Below, in pieces: positions 25,777 to 38,273 of a DNA stretch of 64,000 nt (position 1 is its first letter; each line of letters starts with the position of its first letter). Position numbers and translations under genes: made by a program. Under the pieces are notes generated by a model. It was not told the origin of the DNA. It saw nothing but the letters and a program-made list of their open reading frames with translations, and ran no database searches. This DNA comes from Phoronis australis. Its lineage: Eukaryota; Animalia; Phoronida. The stretch covers positions 309,032-373,031 of the forward strand of contig NMRA01000447.1 in the NCBI GenBank assembly GCA_002633005.1. The letters are read 5' to 3'.

Positions 25777-27487
25777 TATTCACCCTTTGTACAGGGACGA
25801 TCACCCTGAAAATGTTTGTAAACGGATAGGTGTTTGACAGTGCCTGATTTACTGAGGTGGTGGTCGCTAAGGTTTTCGTGCTCCCAGCCTAAGTAATGGG
25901 GAGCCGAATTTTTGAGAATATGGACCTTTTGCTAATTTTCACGGGTTACGTTTAGAGCTTTGAATTTTGCATTCGCCGATTCTTGCTTGAAGCCTTTTTA
26001 GTGGACATTTGCCTAGTCTACTATTTTTTCGGATTTTTTTTGGCTTTTTGTCAACCTCGCAAAATGGGGGTTTGTTCGACCCCCTGCCTGCCACGCCAAC
26101 TGAATGCGTTCCCTGGTGCTGTCTTGAATACAGTCGAAATTGCTTTCAAGAAAGTTGCAGCGCTGTTCATGATTCTAAAGTTGAAAGCCTATCAAGCTGT
26201 TTGTTTCATTATTTTTCATTTAAATTGCTTATATCTCAATTAGTATTCATACAAATGTTGTGATATAGCTGATTCTATTCTACTTCGAATATTTTGCTGG
26301 TTTGACAACCATATTGCTTCAACTACATGTGTAGCGCAATAGGGATAAATAAATATTGAACAAAAACACCATGCACCATTATTTTCGGATTAGTACAACA
26401 TCAGATTTAGTGTTTGGGTTAAATTATATTTTAGGATTTGTAATTAATGTAATTTTCCAACTAAGAAGGATTTAAGTGTTGGAACCAAATAGGCCTATGT
26501 AGCATCCACTTTGGATATTATCCTTGAGTGCGGTTCAGCGTTACCATTACCGGTATTCAGGTGACAATCACATGCAAATTATTTGCATAAGCAATATGTC
26601 AGACATGGACAGTAGCAGACGTTTACTATGCTATAGGAAGCAATTCCTCTCTGACATCCATGAAATATGTGGTACTATAGCATAATATGTGGACAATTGT
26701 GTAGTTATTTGTGTCTAAAAATATCATTTTATCAACACAGCTGATTTCCTTTGTTAAATATCACGTTGATTAGTCTAAATTTTGACGCGCAATCTTGCAA
26801 GACTTGATACTTTAAGCATGTCTCCATTCAAATTATAATGGATTTTTCTAAAACGCTCTCGATACCTTCGACCTCTACACTCTACGACCCACATCCCCCA
26901 CAACCCAGAACCTCTCACCGACGACGTGTGTCATCATAGATTTATTTGCGCGTTTTACACATTCATAAGCAAATTCGGTCACTGAATGACTCCCCTTTAA
27001 GACAAACCTACTCAAGAATCTGCCCTGCCTCAAGCCTAGTGGTTAAGAGAAAGTTGCGTAAGAACATGGACTGAAGTAGCGGATTGTGAGCTTGCTATCC
27101 TTGTCAGGGAAATAAATCAACGAGCGGCAACTAATGCTCCTGTTTTACTGAACTCATGGAGAGAGCAGGTTACCGTGAATGTACAAAATATCACATTTCA
27201 TTATTTGCTTTCTGCTCTATACTCGCTTGTTGAAAACAGGTACTCCATGTAACGCTGAGACACAGCACTTTTTTGTTAACAATTTGTTTTTTTCAAACTA
27301 TTTTGACTGAAGAAATTACGTATTCGTAAGTTCCTTGCTCTTTCCCCAAAACCATGAATCTGCCATTCACAGACGAACAGAAGAAACCATTACAATTTTC
27401 AGGAAACTACAGTTGTAACCTTAGTAGATCTTTGATTTCATTTGGTCGTGCTGCTTTTCTTCCTTTTTACTTGCCGAGTGGAATATC

Positions 27488-28050
27488 TTAAATGAGTGCG
27501 CATTTCTGAAACGAAGTTGAGAGGCAACTACTAATTGTTCTGTAATTGTTTACATTGTCAGCAGCACAGCCTTTGCATAAAAGGTCTTCTATCCACAAAG
27601 GAGGAAACTTGGAAGTCTTTACGCTCAGGTTCAATAAATAGGTGAGAGATGGTGTCAGCTTGTCACTAGGCAGTTTCAATAATTTGGAACTGACACCATC
27701 CACATCAATGACTTTATTCAAATCATGGCCATTTTAAAACTTATCAACAAGCTTCATAGTGGAAAGAACAATGTCATATACTATGTCGTTGCCTACCCTG
27801 CATCAAAGAAAGTCAAGTAGATCGTTATGAGTGGGGTTTGTATCTTCACGATCACGGGTAAGTTTGCTTGTTTTGTAAGTAAAAACTTGCTAGCGATCTA
27901 GATTTGCCATACCTCCAATTCTCACCAATCCTCATCATTGCAGGTGATGAGGATTTTTCTCGAGAAACAACTTGTCTGATGATTTTCCACAACATTTTGG
28001 TATTCGTCAGGTTGCTACTTATCATTGAACAATAGCGGTCACTACTTGTC
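27488..28050 (-). mobile_element. CR1/L2-group LINE ORF2 fragment (region just before the RT)
   Basis: DGVSSKLLK..LTYLLNLS..FPPLW..NNYRTIS matches the conserved DGIS..FP..WK..NYRPIS segment; degenerate. Confidence 0.75.
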
Positions 28051-28322
28051 TTTGTAATTATTTATTTATTACCATTTCACTACAGTTTGTAGCCCTCGTA
28101 ACTGCCGCGTTGCCGTAGACTGACATTGTACACAATTGACAACTGTATCCGATTGCTACAATTGAATGTTTACAGGCACCCGGCCATATCAAGTGTTAGG
28201 GATTTCGTTTGAACAAACATAAATCAAACAATGCACCAAAAAACTACATGTTCTACTGGACGTTTCCAAGTTGTAAAAATACATGCAGTTGGTGCCAAGT
28301 GAATCGGTGAGGTCATTGTTAA

Positions 28323-31300
28323 GAATGATTCCATATAAAAACCATATGAAAATGAAAAATCCCTATATACTCAAAAATTCATACAGAACTAATACTTTGT
28401 GCATGTGTTGGGATGCTGGCCCAAAGTGCACTGCTGCAATATTTGCACTCAATGACCTTTGGTTACCGAGATATGACCTATTTGGCTATAAAGTCATATT
28501 TTGCATTTTTTCATGTCAGTAAAACTGCAGTTTTTGAACGGCAAAAAATCAGATTTGGAAAACTGGTGACAAAGTTTGACATTGATGGTCATAAAGACTC
28601 ATGTAATGTTAGTAAGAAATTGAAATTTGCAACTCATAGGTACAATTAAACTTCCAGCAATGGAGAAAACTCCGAGACCACTTTTCAGGCCAGTCACAAG
28701 TGGCAAGATGTTGCTTAACCTGCCTGCTATATCGGAATACATTTGAAGTTGAAATTCTCTTTGTAGACACTTCTAAGATTGAACTTTAATAATTGCTTTT
28801 AAAAAAACTTGTCTCTTACATATTTAGTATTAAACGTGGCCCGCGAATTTGGGCATTTTTGTGATGTGGCCTTACTCTGACTGACAAGAGAGTTGAGGCT
28901 ACTCTTTTAGTTTAGAGATATCACCTAAAATATATGATCTAATATCAACAATGGAATATCACAAAAATTTAAATTTCACTTTTGAGACCCCAATTTTCTA
29001 AAACACTCCATTCTTCGTTTAACTTTACCAATAGCACTTTAGGGTTCGAGATTACATGCACTTCCTGTCACTGCAAAGAATATGGAGGAATTTCCTTCTT
29101 GTACATTTGGTCAATTTTCGTTACATACGTGTGATCGCGGAGGAAATGTGGCCTTCATTAGGTGTGTTAAAGACGTCAGAAGTCATCTGAGGTCGTGCAA
29201 AGTGCCACAGAAGTTTGAAACTATATCGGAATTACAGCTGATTCTTGCCAGAGCTGGAGATAGGAGGTTGGACTGGCAAACCAATGGAAATGCGCCGTTA
29301 TATATTTTACACATCGACATGAGTTTGGACTTGGTTTTAGACAAAAACTGACGTGCTGTTATCACGAACACACAGAATATTGTCAGAGGGATAAACCAGG
29401 AACAAGCAAAACAGGATCTGATGTCATCTCTCACCCCACACCAAGTTTTGGTTGTAATGGATTTTGCAATGAAGTTCATACCCATCAGTTTCCGTGAAGC
29501 ACAGTCCGACTGGTTTGGTAAAAAGGATGTCATGGCACGTGGCGGCTTGTATCACAAAGAAAGGTGAAAGCCATCAGGTAAAAATAAATCCTCAATTAGT
29601 ATTCAAGGTGTTACAAAGTAATTCTCAGATGTGCTCAATATTAAACAGAAAGCCAGTGATGAACAATGTTGTTGCCTTTACCTCTTTTTAGTATATTGAT
29701 TTACTGTAACACTCACAAGATACAGGGAGTGTGCACTTAATATCTAGTCTTTTTCTTGCCATTTCCCAACAAAAGCTTGACAGTGATGCATTATTTTTCT
29801 CTTAGTAGATTTTGCACACAAGCCTTCATTTTAACTGAAGCCATTTTGTACTTATGGATGATTTTCATATCTTTGTGAAGGGGAAATTTCCCCCCTCCCT
29901 AGAAATGTTTTGAAGGAGCTACTGATATAATAACCGTGTTGAGACGAACCATGTTTGAAGTTGAGTGGCGTGATTGCGGTTTAGGTGGTAATAAGATATA
30001 ATAAGGTAGTTCTTTAAACTAGCTGACCTATTTGACTTACATAATTATTGTATTTCAGGTACATACTTACATCCATACTCTAGATGCCTGCAAGCAAGAC
30101 TTTTTCACTGTTTGCTGTTTAACGCTAGATGTGCTAAGGCAGGTGAAAGCTAGGGATCCACAAATAACGGAAGCTTTCCTACACTCCGACAATGCCAATT
30201 GTTACCATTCAGCCGCCCTTCTGATTCATTTGTTCTACATATCTGGTAACACCGGCATCTCCATTCTGCGTTACGACTTCAGTGAAAGTCAGAAGGGAAA
30301 AGACATCTGTGACAGGAAAATCGCACCCTTGAAGGCCCATGCCAAATACTTCGTCAATGAAGGCAACAACGTTCAAAATGCAGTCGACCTGAAACATGCG
30401 CTAGAGTCTAGAGGAGATGTCAAAGGCTGTTAGGTGTCGTCCTGTAGTGTGAATGCCCCAAAGGTCCTCCCCAAGCACAGTATCCCAGGGATAAGTTTGC
30501 TGACAAACTTTGAGTATTCCGCAGATGGCATTCGAGCATGGAAGGCCCATAGAGTAGGGGAGGGAAAACTTGTCATCAACAAGTCATGTAAACTGTTGCC
30601 TCTGAAAAGTCTTGACCTTGCAACACTCGAGTGTTTTACAACTCCAAGGGTTGAGTCGGGGCTGGTATCCCGTGAACGTCATTCGAAGTTCACATGCACA
30701 CACTATGGGTGCTCGAAATCTTTTCCTACAGATGCTGAGCTAAGTGAGCACTTGGATGTTGGTGCTCATTCATCATCCCTCCAGAACGAGACTCAGTTCG
30801 ACCACATTTCAAGACAATCCGAGATTTCATCCACTACCACAGCTGTATCATCACCTGAGTTGTCCCCCGTTTACGTTATTGATCAAGTCGCCGCAGGATA
30901 GGGCCCTGAAAAGTACTAGAAAAGCGGTCCGCTTCTCTGAGAAGGTAAAGATTTAACCCAGTGATATATTTTCTGAAGGTGAACAGTCAGGCAGAAAACA
31001 ACAGCCAGCTGAGGCTGTGAAAAGATGATGCGAGAAGCCAGGAATAAGCAAAGAAAAGTTTTTTCCTCTGAAGAGTGGCTGTCGGAGTAGCAGATTGCTG
31101 GATTTTTTCCCGTATGGTTGTCGCGTTTCGAATCGGAAATATTCAGAATATTGAAGATGCTGATGCTGCTGCTGCCCACGAGTTTGCCTCAATGAATGAG
31201 TTGGAGCTTGAAGTCATGAATGAGTTATCATCATAAACCGAGGAAATTATGAACATGTTTTAGTTGTTGTCTATTCTTACGATATTGTTGTGGTCATCAT

Positions 31301-33061
31301 GATCGTAGCTAGGGCACTGGGGCCCACCCTGGGCGAAATTGGAAAAAAATGGAATATGACGCGAGTTAGGGGCTTCCATGGGGGAGAGATTTGAGTGGTG
31401 GCCGTTTGGGGAAAATAATCCAAGCCACTGATGGTCAACATTGAAATCTTCTGTCACTTTTTACTAGCGTTTTTTGTTTTATGTTCAGTTTGAGACTGGT
31501 AAAGCATACTTTTTACATGATTGATTCTCTTGAAACTACTGAGATTTTTAAAGGAGTGATTATCTAGTTTTGAGAAACGTCTATCTTAGACATGTGTACT
31601 GAGCAAAATAAAAAGACTTTGTGTTTCAGTAGCTCTTGTTTTCTTCAAACAAAATACAGTTTTTTGAAGTGTTGTGTAGAAATGCATCATACACTAAACC
31701 TAGCATACCTACAAGAAACTGTGCTTTTGAGTCCGCCGCATGAACGGAATTTACATATTGTGAAACTTTTAGCTGGTAAGTCGCAACAACACCCAATTGC
31801 TTAAATACTGGTTTGGAAAGCCGGTTTCTTGGATATCACTGAAACTATTATGTTTTCAATCGTAAATATCCGTACCTGTTATTTTTCTGAAATTGCAAAT
31901 TCCACTGGCGCACTGCCACCATGCTCGGTCGCTTTTGTGTAGTACAAGAAGCATTGCGTGACACTTTGTATGTCCAATAACACGACACTTCTGCTCGTAT
32001 CCACCGTCCTCTTTTCAAGTGTGATATCGAAGATATTGATTAGTTTTAGTATGAACTTTGCTAATAGTTTTAGAAGACTTTTTCATGCGCATATACAGGG
32101 ATTTGACCAGGAGGTCTGAAAATGGACCAGCATGCACTGCAGGCAGTGCGTGGGATTCTTAGTCAGTTACGGTGTTTGAAAACTGGCCAAGCAATGGGTA
32201 ATGGGCACCCTTAATAAGAATAAAACCTGCTTCTCTGAAGTATGAGATAGTGATGGGGTTGTATTATTAACTCATAAGTACATTAAAATTGACTTTTTTG
32301 ATTTCTGTAATCCTATAACAATTTTTTATTTTTGCACCAGCAAAACTGAAAATCCGCGAAGAAAAAATCTCTCGTACAGCTTCCCATGATCTCCTTCGTC
32401 ACTAATGTACCAAAACGAATGATATTTGTTCTATTTGGCATTTTGGTCGATAGATAATTGCACAATCGAGTAGCGCCTCCTAGAGTCTTTTAATCAAGCT
32501 GACAGTCACAGATTGACAGAAAAGTGTGTAAGTGAGTTATGTAAAAAACTGACTGCACAAAAACTATGAAAGAGACAAGATTTTTTAATCTTGCGTTGGG
32601 CTGAACAAAGACAGCAGTAACAGATGGAAGTAAACTCATGTTCCAAAAAAATCCGATATAGATTTCGGAGAGTGATAAAGATGCGTAAAAATGGCCTTAA
32701 TAATAAGCAGTGAAAATGACATTTTTGTAGGCTAAAATGGGAGGACATAAAAAATCAAAAAATACATCCGAACTAGTTTTTCTTGTACGTTATTCTTTGT
32801 TCTTTCTGCTATATAGTTATTTTTTTATGGCGTGAAGGGATGATGTGTTGTTGCTGACAAAAAGTCCCCTACTTCCAAGTACTATTATTTGCTATTTTTC
32901 GGAAAAAGTACAAAGTGGTCGTAAAAAGGGTTAAAAAAACTCGGAAACTCTTAAAAATTCAGACTCAGGTTTCTTTTGACAAGGCCAGCTGATATGCTAA
33001 GTTTCAAAAAAATTGATTTTGCATATTTAGCCCACCATCTGGTTTTTATATGGAATTGCTC
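28323..33061 (+). mobile_element. Sola3-like DNA transposon with decayed transposase
   Basis: TTAA on both flanks (28319-22, 33062-65); 26-bp TIR with 22/26 identity (GAATGATTCCATATAAAAACCATATG / GAGCAATTCCATATAAAAACCAGATG); candidate DDD motifs MDFAMKF, HSDNANCYH and FSESQKGKDICDRK; C2H2 finger CTHYGC..HLDVGAH. Confidence 0.8.
29082..31235 (+). pseudogene. Sola3-like transposase pseudogene with an intron at 29578-30058
   Basis: Coding segments ~29082-29577 and 30059-31235 with frameshifts and a TAG at 30431; ..GESHQ|gtaaaa and tttcag|VHTYIH join in phase 0. Confidence 0.72.
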
Positions 33062-34484
33062 TTAATTTGTTAATATTTTCATCATATTGCGTTTGTTTAG
33101 AATGTAACGATTTGAACAGTTCCCACCATTCTTAGCTTTAGAGGTTTCAGCTAGCTATTATGAAATAAATACCATGAAATCCAACTTAATAGGCACACAC
33201 CTGTTATGTCAATTAGTCGTAGTTTTTAAAATTTGAAAAAAGTAATCCCTGGTTTCTTCCGGAATTATGTAATACATGGAAGACGTTTGGTCACTTGACA
33301 TTCAGTTGCATTGGCAGAACACAACAGATCAAAAGACGACTGCGATTTTGAACGAGAACTGGACAGTTATTGTGCAGAGAGAGAGAGAGAGAGAGGAGAG
33401 AGGATCCCGGCATCCCACTCAAGTACTGTACTCAGTTGAAGAATCAAACTATAAATTCGATTTCACACTTAACGAAATTTTGTCCTCTTTCAGGTCGTTT
33501 GAACTCGCCCCACGTACACGTGCACGAGCAATGATGCTGACACGTGTGAGTCACAGCCAACTGAACCAAAGGCTGATCAATATTCCCAAAGTAGACATTT
33601 AATCATCACTGGCAAATGTCACAGTAAATCTGGGTCATTCGTATTCACTATTGCAATGGTGGAAGGACCCCACAGTCTTAACACAGTGCATAAGATTAAG
33701 TGTCATAGCACTCAATCTGGGCCGGAGTCGAAGGCCTGGCATCACTCGCCCTAGTACGTAAGCAGCTTGTTCGATACTTGTACAATTTGCAAATACACTT
33801 ACATGTACAAGTGTCGTGTTCTTCATCGAAGCAATGTCTTTGTCTTTGACGTAAAGGACTCCTTGTAATGTGCCGAATAAAGAGTTGTCCCGACTGAATC
33901 GCATGCTATGCTCCTCAAAGTCCTTCTACACTTCCGTGCGGCTCACAAACCGATGGTATTTCTTTGCAGCTTTCAAGTCTTTGAGAAATTTACACACAAA
34001 TACTCAATGTGCTATTACTACAACCCCCACAATTGCACCTTTTCATGGCCCCACAGCTCCTCAGTATCGCACTTGGTAAAAACAACAACGGTGGAGACGG
34101 TCTTTCACCCATTACGTACAACCCCGATAACAGAAAATATATTTTTAATTTTTGCTGACTTATTTCTTAGCAACTGGAATTTTAAAAGCGATTAAATCTC
34201 TTTAAATATATTAATGAAGTTCGTTTTGACATACATGTACAAGGTTATGGTGACAACTCTAAGGTTGGTTGGTTATCCTAGAAATATTTTCCACTTAATT
34301 ACAGTTTTTCGCAATTTTATTAATTACTCGTCCGCTACTACGGAAGTGACGTTTTACGAGGCAAGCATTTCGCGCCAATTTCTTTTCATATAGTCTGACT
34401 GTGAGAGCTGCCGAGTCAGTCATTGTTATGCCTCGGTTGTGTTAAGTTCTGTCGCCGTTTGCTTTCATTTACTAGACAGTCAAC

Positions 34485-35087
34485 ATGCCACACTGTTGCT
34501 GCTTACTGGAATGTACTAATTTTCGGCTCACGCGCGCTTTGGGAGTACCTTTACATCGCTTTCCGATGGATGACACACTTCGCCGTACTTGGCTCGTTCG
34601 TGTTAAAAACGCAGCGTTACCCGTCAACGCAACGTACAAAGCTATGGAAAATTACAGTGTGTTTGGTCAGCACTTTCTGCCCTCCGGTTACGAAAGGGAT
34701 TTGTACGCTGAACTGATGAAGGTCCCTGTGAAACCACCCCTGAAGAACGATGCCATTCCGTCTGTGTTAATTCCCGGCAAAGCCCCGTCGCCACCCCAGA
34801 GAAATGCGTTTTTGAAGCGAAAACCCTCGCGAGCTGTGGCCAGTACAGTGACTGGAGCCAGTGGAGGCACTTCATCTACTGTCACCCGTGCCTCCGAACG
34901 TACCCCAGAGCGTGCAATTACTGTAACCAGTAGTGATTCGCCCTGTGCTGTTTTCTCCAGCCCAGAGCCTCTAAGCAGCCCTGCAGCGATATTGAGTAGT
35001 GGGAGTGATTACAGGCCCAGTTCGACACCCAGTGAAGAGGACAGTTTGTCGTTCAGTGAACTGATCGGTGAGCCAAAATTTGATTAG
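34485..35087 (+). CDS. THAP zinc-finger N-terminus of a truncated transposase
   Basis: MPHCCCLLECTN..LHRFPMD..RRTWL..VFGQHF..LKNDAIPSV (the C of CxxHF is replaced by F), then a Ser/Pro-rich linker; no catalytic domain. Confidence 0.8.
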   Translation: MPHCCCLLECTNFRLTRALGVPLHRFPMDDTLRRTWLVRVKNAALPVNATYKAMENYSVFGQHFLPSGYERDLYAELMKVPVKPPLKNDAIPSVLIPGKAPSPPQRNAFLKRKPSRAVASTVTGASGGTSSTVTRASERTPERAITVTSSDSPCAVFSSPEPLSSPAAILSSGSDYRPSSTPSEEDSLSFSELIGEPKFD

Positions 35088-35169
35088 TTTATTGTGGACT
35101 TGTCTATTTAGAAGGGGGCCAGGTGTGTGGCGAGTGAGTCACACGACACGGTGTAAGCAGTTTGGGTGC

Positions 35170-35556
35170 TCAGGTCACCATCCAGTGGGAGTGTGTCGCG
35201 TGACACTCTGGCAAGTGGGACATTTGTTCCTCTGTCCGTGGTATGCCGGATGTCCACTTAACCATGTCCAGTAGTGGCTTGGCCTCTGAACAGCACAAGC
35301 ATTCCATTGAGGTAGGCATAACAACGCACACAGTGCATTTGCACCAAGATGTGTCACCACGTCTGTCCTCAGTAGCCGCCTCGTTTCTCTCAACAGCTGC
35401 CTGTGCCTGTGCGTACTCTGCCTCGTTATGCTCGGGCTCAAACATGTACCTACCCACTGAATGTCCGTGAAAAAATTCCTCGTCACCGCTGCTGTGAACA
35501 AGGTCTCCGTCACTCACACTACTGTCACTGTGATACGGGTCACCGACTCCAGCCAT
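35170..35556 (-). CDS. Truncated ORF with P2X7-ballast-like (KolX/nanor-like) cysteine domain
   Basis: Acidic N-terminus, YMFEP, then RRGDTSWCKCTVCVVMPTSMECLCCSE, matching the WCxCxxC..E.LCC zinc cluster. Confidence 0.75.
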   Translation of the reverse strand: MAGVGDPYHSDSSVSDGDLVHSSGDEEFFHGHSVGRYMFEPEHNEAEYAQAQAAVERNEAATEDRRGDTSWCKCTVCVVMPTSMECLCCSEAKPLLDMVKWTSGIPRTEEQMSHLPECHATHSHWMVT

Positions 35557-38273
35557 TTTCAGCTTACAACACACTAAACAATCCCTAAATCCAAAGTAGT
35601 TGAGTTCTCTACTAACCTATCTTGCCGCAGAATACTCGCCGATGGAAAGTGGTGGCGACAATTGTTCAAAAAGCAGCACAAAACAAAAGTAGAATAGAAT
35701 AGATTCGCACGGTAAAGTCAACGCAAAACCAAGTGGCGGGAAACGCTTGCCTCCTAAATCGTCACTTCCGGAGTAGCGGACGAGTAATTAATAAAATTAC
35801 GAAAAGCTGTAATTAAGTGGAAAATATGTCTAGGATAACCAACCCACCTTATTTTAGCTCAAAATGACATGGAAAAAGGTTGCCTTCGCCTTTAAGGATT
35901 CAGCTTTGTATAGATAGGACTTTCGGTTTATCGGACGTTTTTACTTTGTGAGTATGCGTACGTAAACTTCACGATACCCTCAACTTCCACTTTTTCATGA
36001 TACATGGTCTACATGTATGAGTGGTGCACCACAGGGGGGTGGGTAAAAGTAGGCTATAGCCTCCACGTTTTTCAGTGCTGCCCCGACCAATGTTATTTCG
36101 AAATCTTGAATATACTTCTTCGAGTTTGCAGCTCATTTCTAGGTTTTATCAATAACGAAATTGGTTTAGAATATCATAAACAAATGTCACAGCATACCTC
36201 AGCACAAGCTAAATTAAATACACATGCACATGTCCCTTGTGTTTGCTCAAAACTAGAACAGAGAATGTCAAACTAATTCCGGGTTCGATTTCTAGTACAA
36301 AGATTTCAGATCCTTGTCCCTGGGTAACTTAATATCAAAATACAAAAGCTTATCTCGACTGTAGCCCACTCTTGATGATAAAAATACTTGTACGTTCAGG
36401 GTGAAAAACGGATTAACGATAAACTTGTTTACTTGAGACACCTCTACAATTTAAAACAAGGAACCTGGAAATTCAACTATATCGTCCCATTCGTATTGAT
36501 GCGCAAGAGAAATAATAGAGCGGTTGCTTATTGGAATCCATTCGGTACCGAGTAGAGATCACGGCCATTTACTCTACATACCCAAATATGGCGATCATCA
36601 AGGCGTCTTTTATCGTATTCGCAATATGTAAGTACATGTACCTGTGTAAATGCAGGTAATTTATCAACACACAATTCCACACATTTATAGCATGGACAAT
36701 TGAAGTTATAACAGCCTTCAAAAACAGTGGATTTCTATTCGATAGATACTCCGGATGAGCTACATTTTTTCTCATTTATTTGGCTAAATGTACAGACCTG
36801 TATATTATGTCCAACACAACCTTAACGAAACAAGTCATACATGTACATCACTCTCCCAACAAGTGCTGCAGTGGTTAAATTAGAGGCACATGTAAGTAGG
36901 CCCACAAAGCCCACCGTATCACCTTGAGCACTGAACATAACTTACGGTGCTAGGCGCTACGTTCAAATTCCAAACGGTGGTTGGTTGCGCCTACGTGCGC
37001 CTACTACAGCACTGTCCCCAACTTACTTTGAAAACGTGCTTTTCGGTTCCCCAAACTAAATGACATGCCCATTAGAAGTAAGTAACGGTCTCCTGTTAGC
37101 CATTGTCAAAGAGCAGGCACATGTATTAATCGAAAGCGGAAAAACGAGCCACTGTCATCTCAGATATAAGTTTCCAATAGATATCCAATCTATTTAAAGA
37201 ACTCAGTTGGTTAATTGGCTCTTGCTCATGGGCGTTTTGTACGTACACGATTTAAGTATGAAAGCCGTTGTCATACACACGGTTAACAGGAGACTGACTG
37301 GTGAAATCATTCGTTTTGGCAATAGCAGCATATGTCAATTAACCAAGACTTCCGTATATAATTCTGGACATGAGTCTCCGGTGGGACTAATCGATGCGGA
37401 ATAGACATTGCGCTCAAGCATGTTTTCTGGAGCTCATATGACCTGTACAAGCCTTCGTTCCAACTAGGGCGGCACGTCAACTTTTCTCCCGACTTCAATC
37501 CGACCACGGATACTGCTGACCAATCACATCACGTGATCCAGGAATTGCATGTGGAACGGACGCCATGTTAATGACACTACGCTTTGGGGGAGACACGAAT
37601 GTTCCCAAATTGCCCTCAAACCAGTATCAGCCTTATACAATCATAGGCGGATTTTCGGGGGGCGCCCCCAACCCTCTTAGCTGCCGCAAAAAATGAAACA
37701 GGAAGAGCGTTGGGAAATTTTGAGTTTATTAATTACGGCTGAAACAAGACTTAAATGTGTGCAATTTTAGTGTGTCTGGGGGGGAGGAGTTCAGGTCCAA
37801 TTTCAAGTGTCAAATTCGGAACACGGCGCAATCGTAACGGAACTTTGGCTAAGTATAGGCTCTCCGGCGATATCTTAGACGACCGGCAGTGGCGCTTGGC
37901 ACTAGGACTCCGTTTCCGTCGTTTGCCCCACTGTGCAATGAAGAAAATTACTTCATTTTTTTAAAGAAAATGGAATAAGATTGATGACGAAAAAAGAGAA
38001 GCTGCTGGTAAGATGTCAATTTTAATGGAACGCTTCGTGAATCACTCAGGAACTCATAATTCTCTCTTTGTCAAACCTTAACTTCAGACGATTTCCAAAG
38101 CAATCGCGTCATTATTGCCAATACAAAGAACGGAATTGGTCTTTTGGGCAATTGAAGACTATTTCAAATACAACAAATTTGTTACAAACTGATTGCAAAA
38201 ATATAAAACATGTAATAAGCATAACAAAAAGAAGGAGGTTTCGCGCGCAAACGCTGTGGACCATAAACAAGTA

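Larger units (their letters stand above)
34260..35891. mobile_element. Kolobok-like internally deleted DNA transposon with long TIRs and two convergent ORFs
   Basis: Inverted repeat of ~118 bp (34260-34377 vs ~35733-35851); right end CCT|TTAA (35889-35895); the left outer ~40 bp appear to be lost. Confidence 0.75.

Noticed and set aside
33635-34080. Minus-strand ORF between the Sola-like and Kolobok-like elements
   Set aside because: No recognisable motif and interrupted by stops; I cannot support a call.
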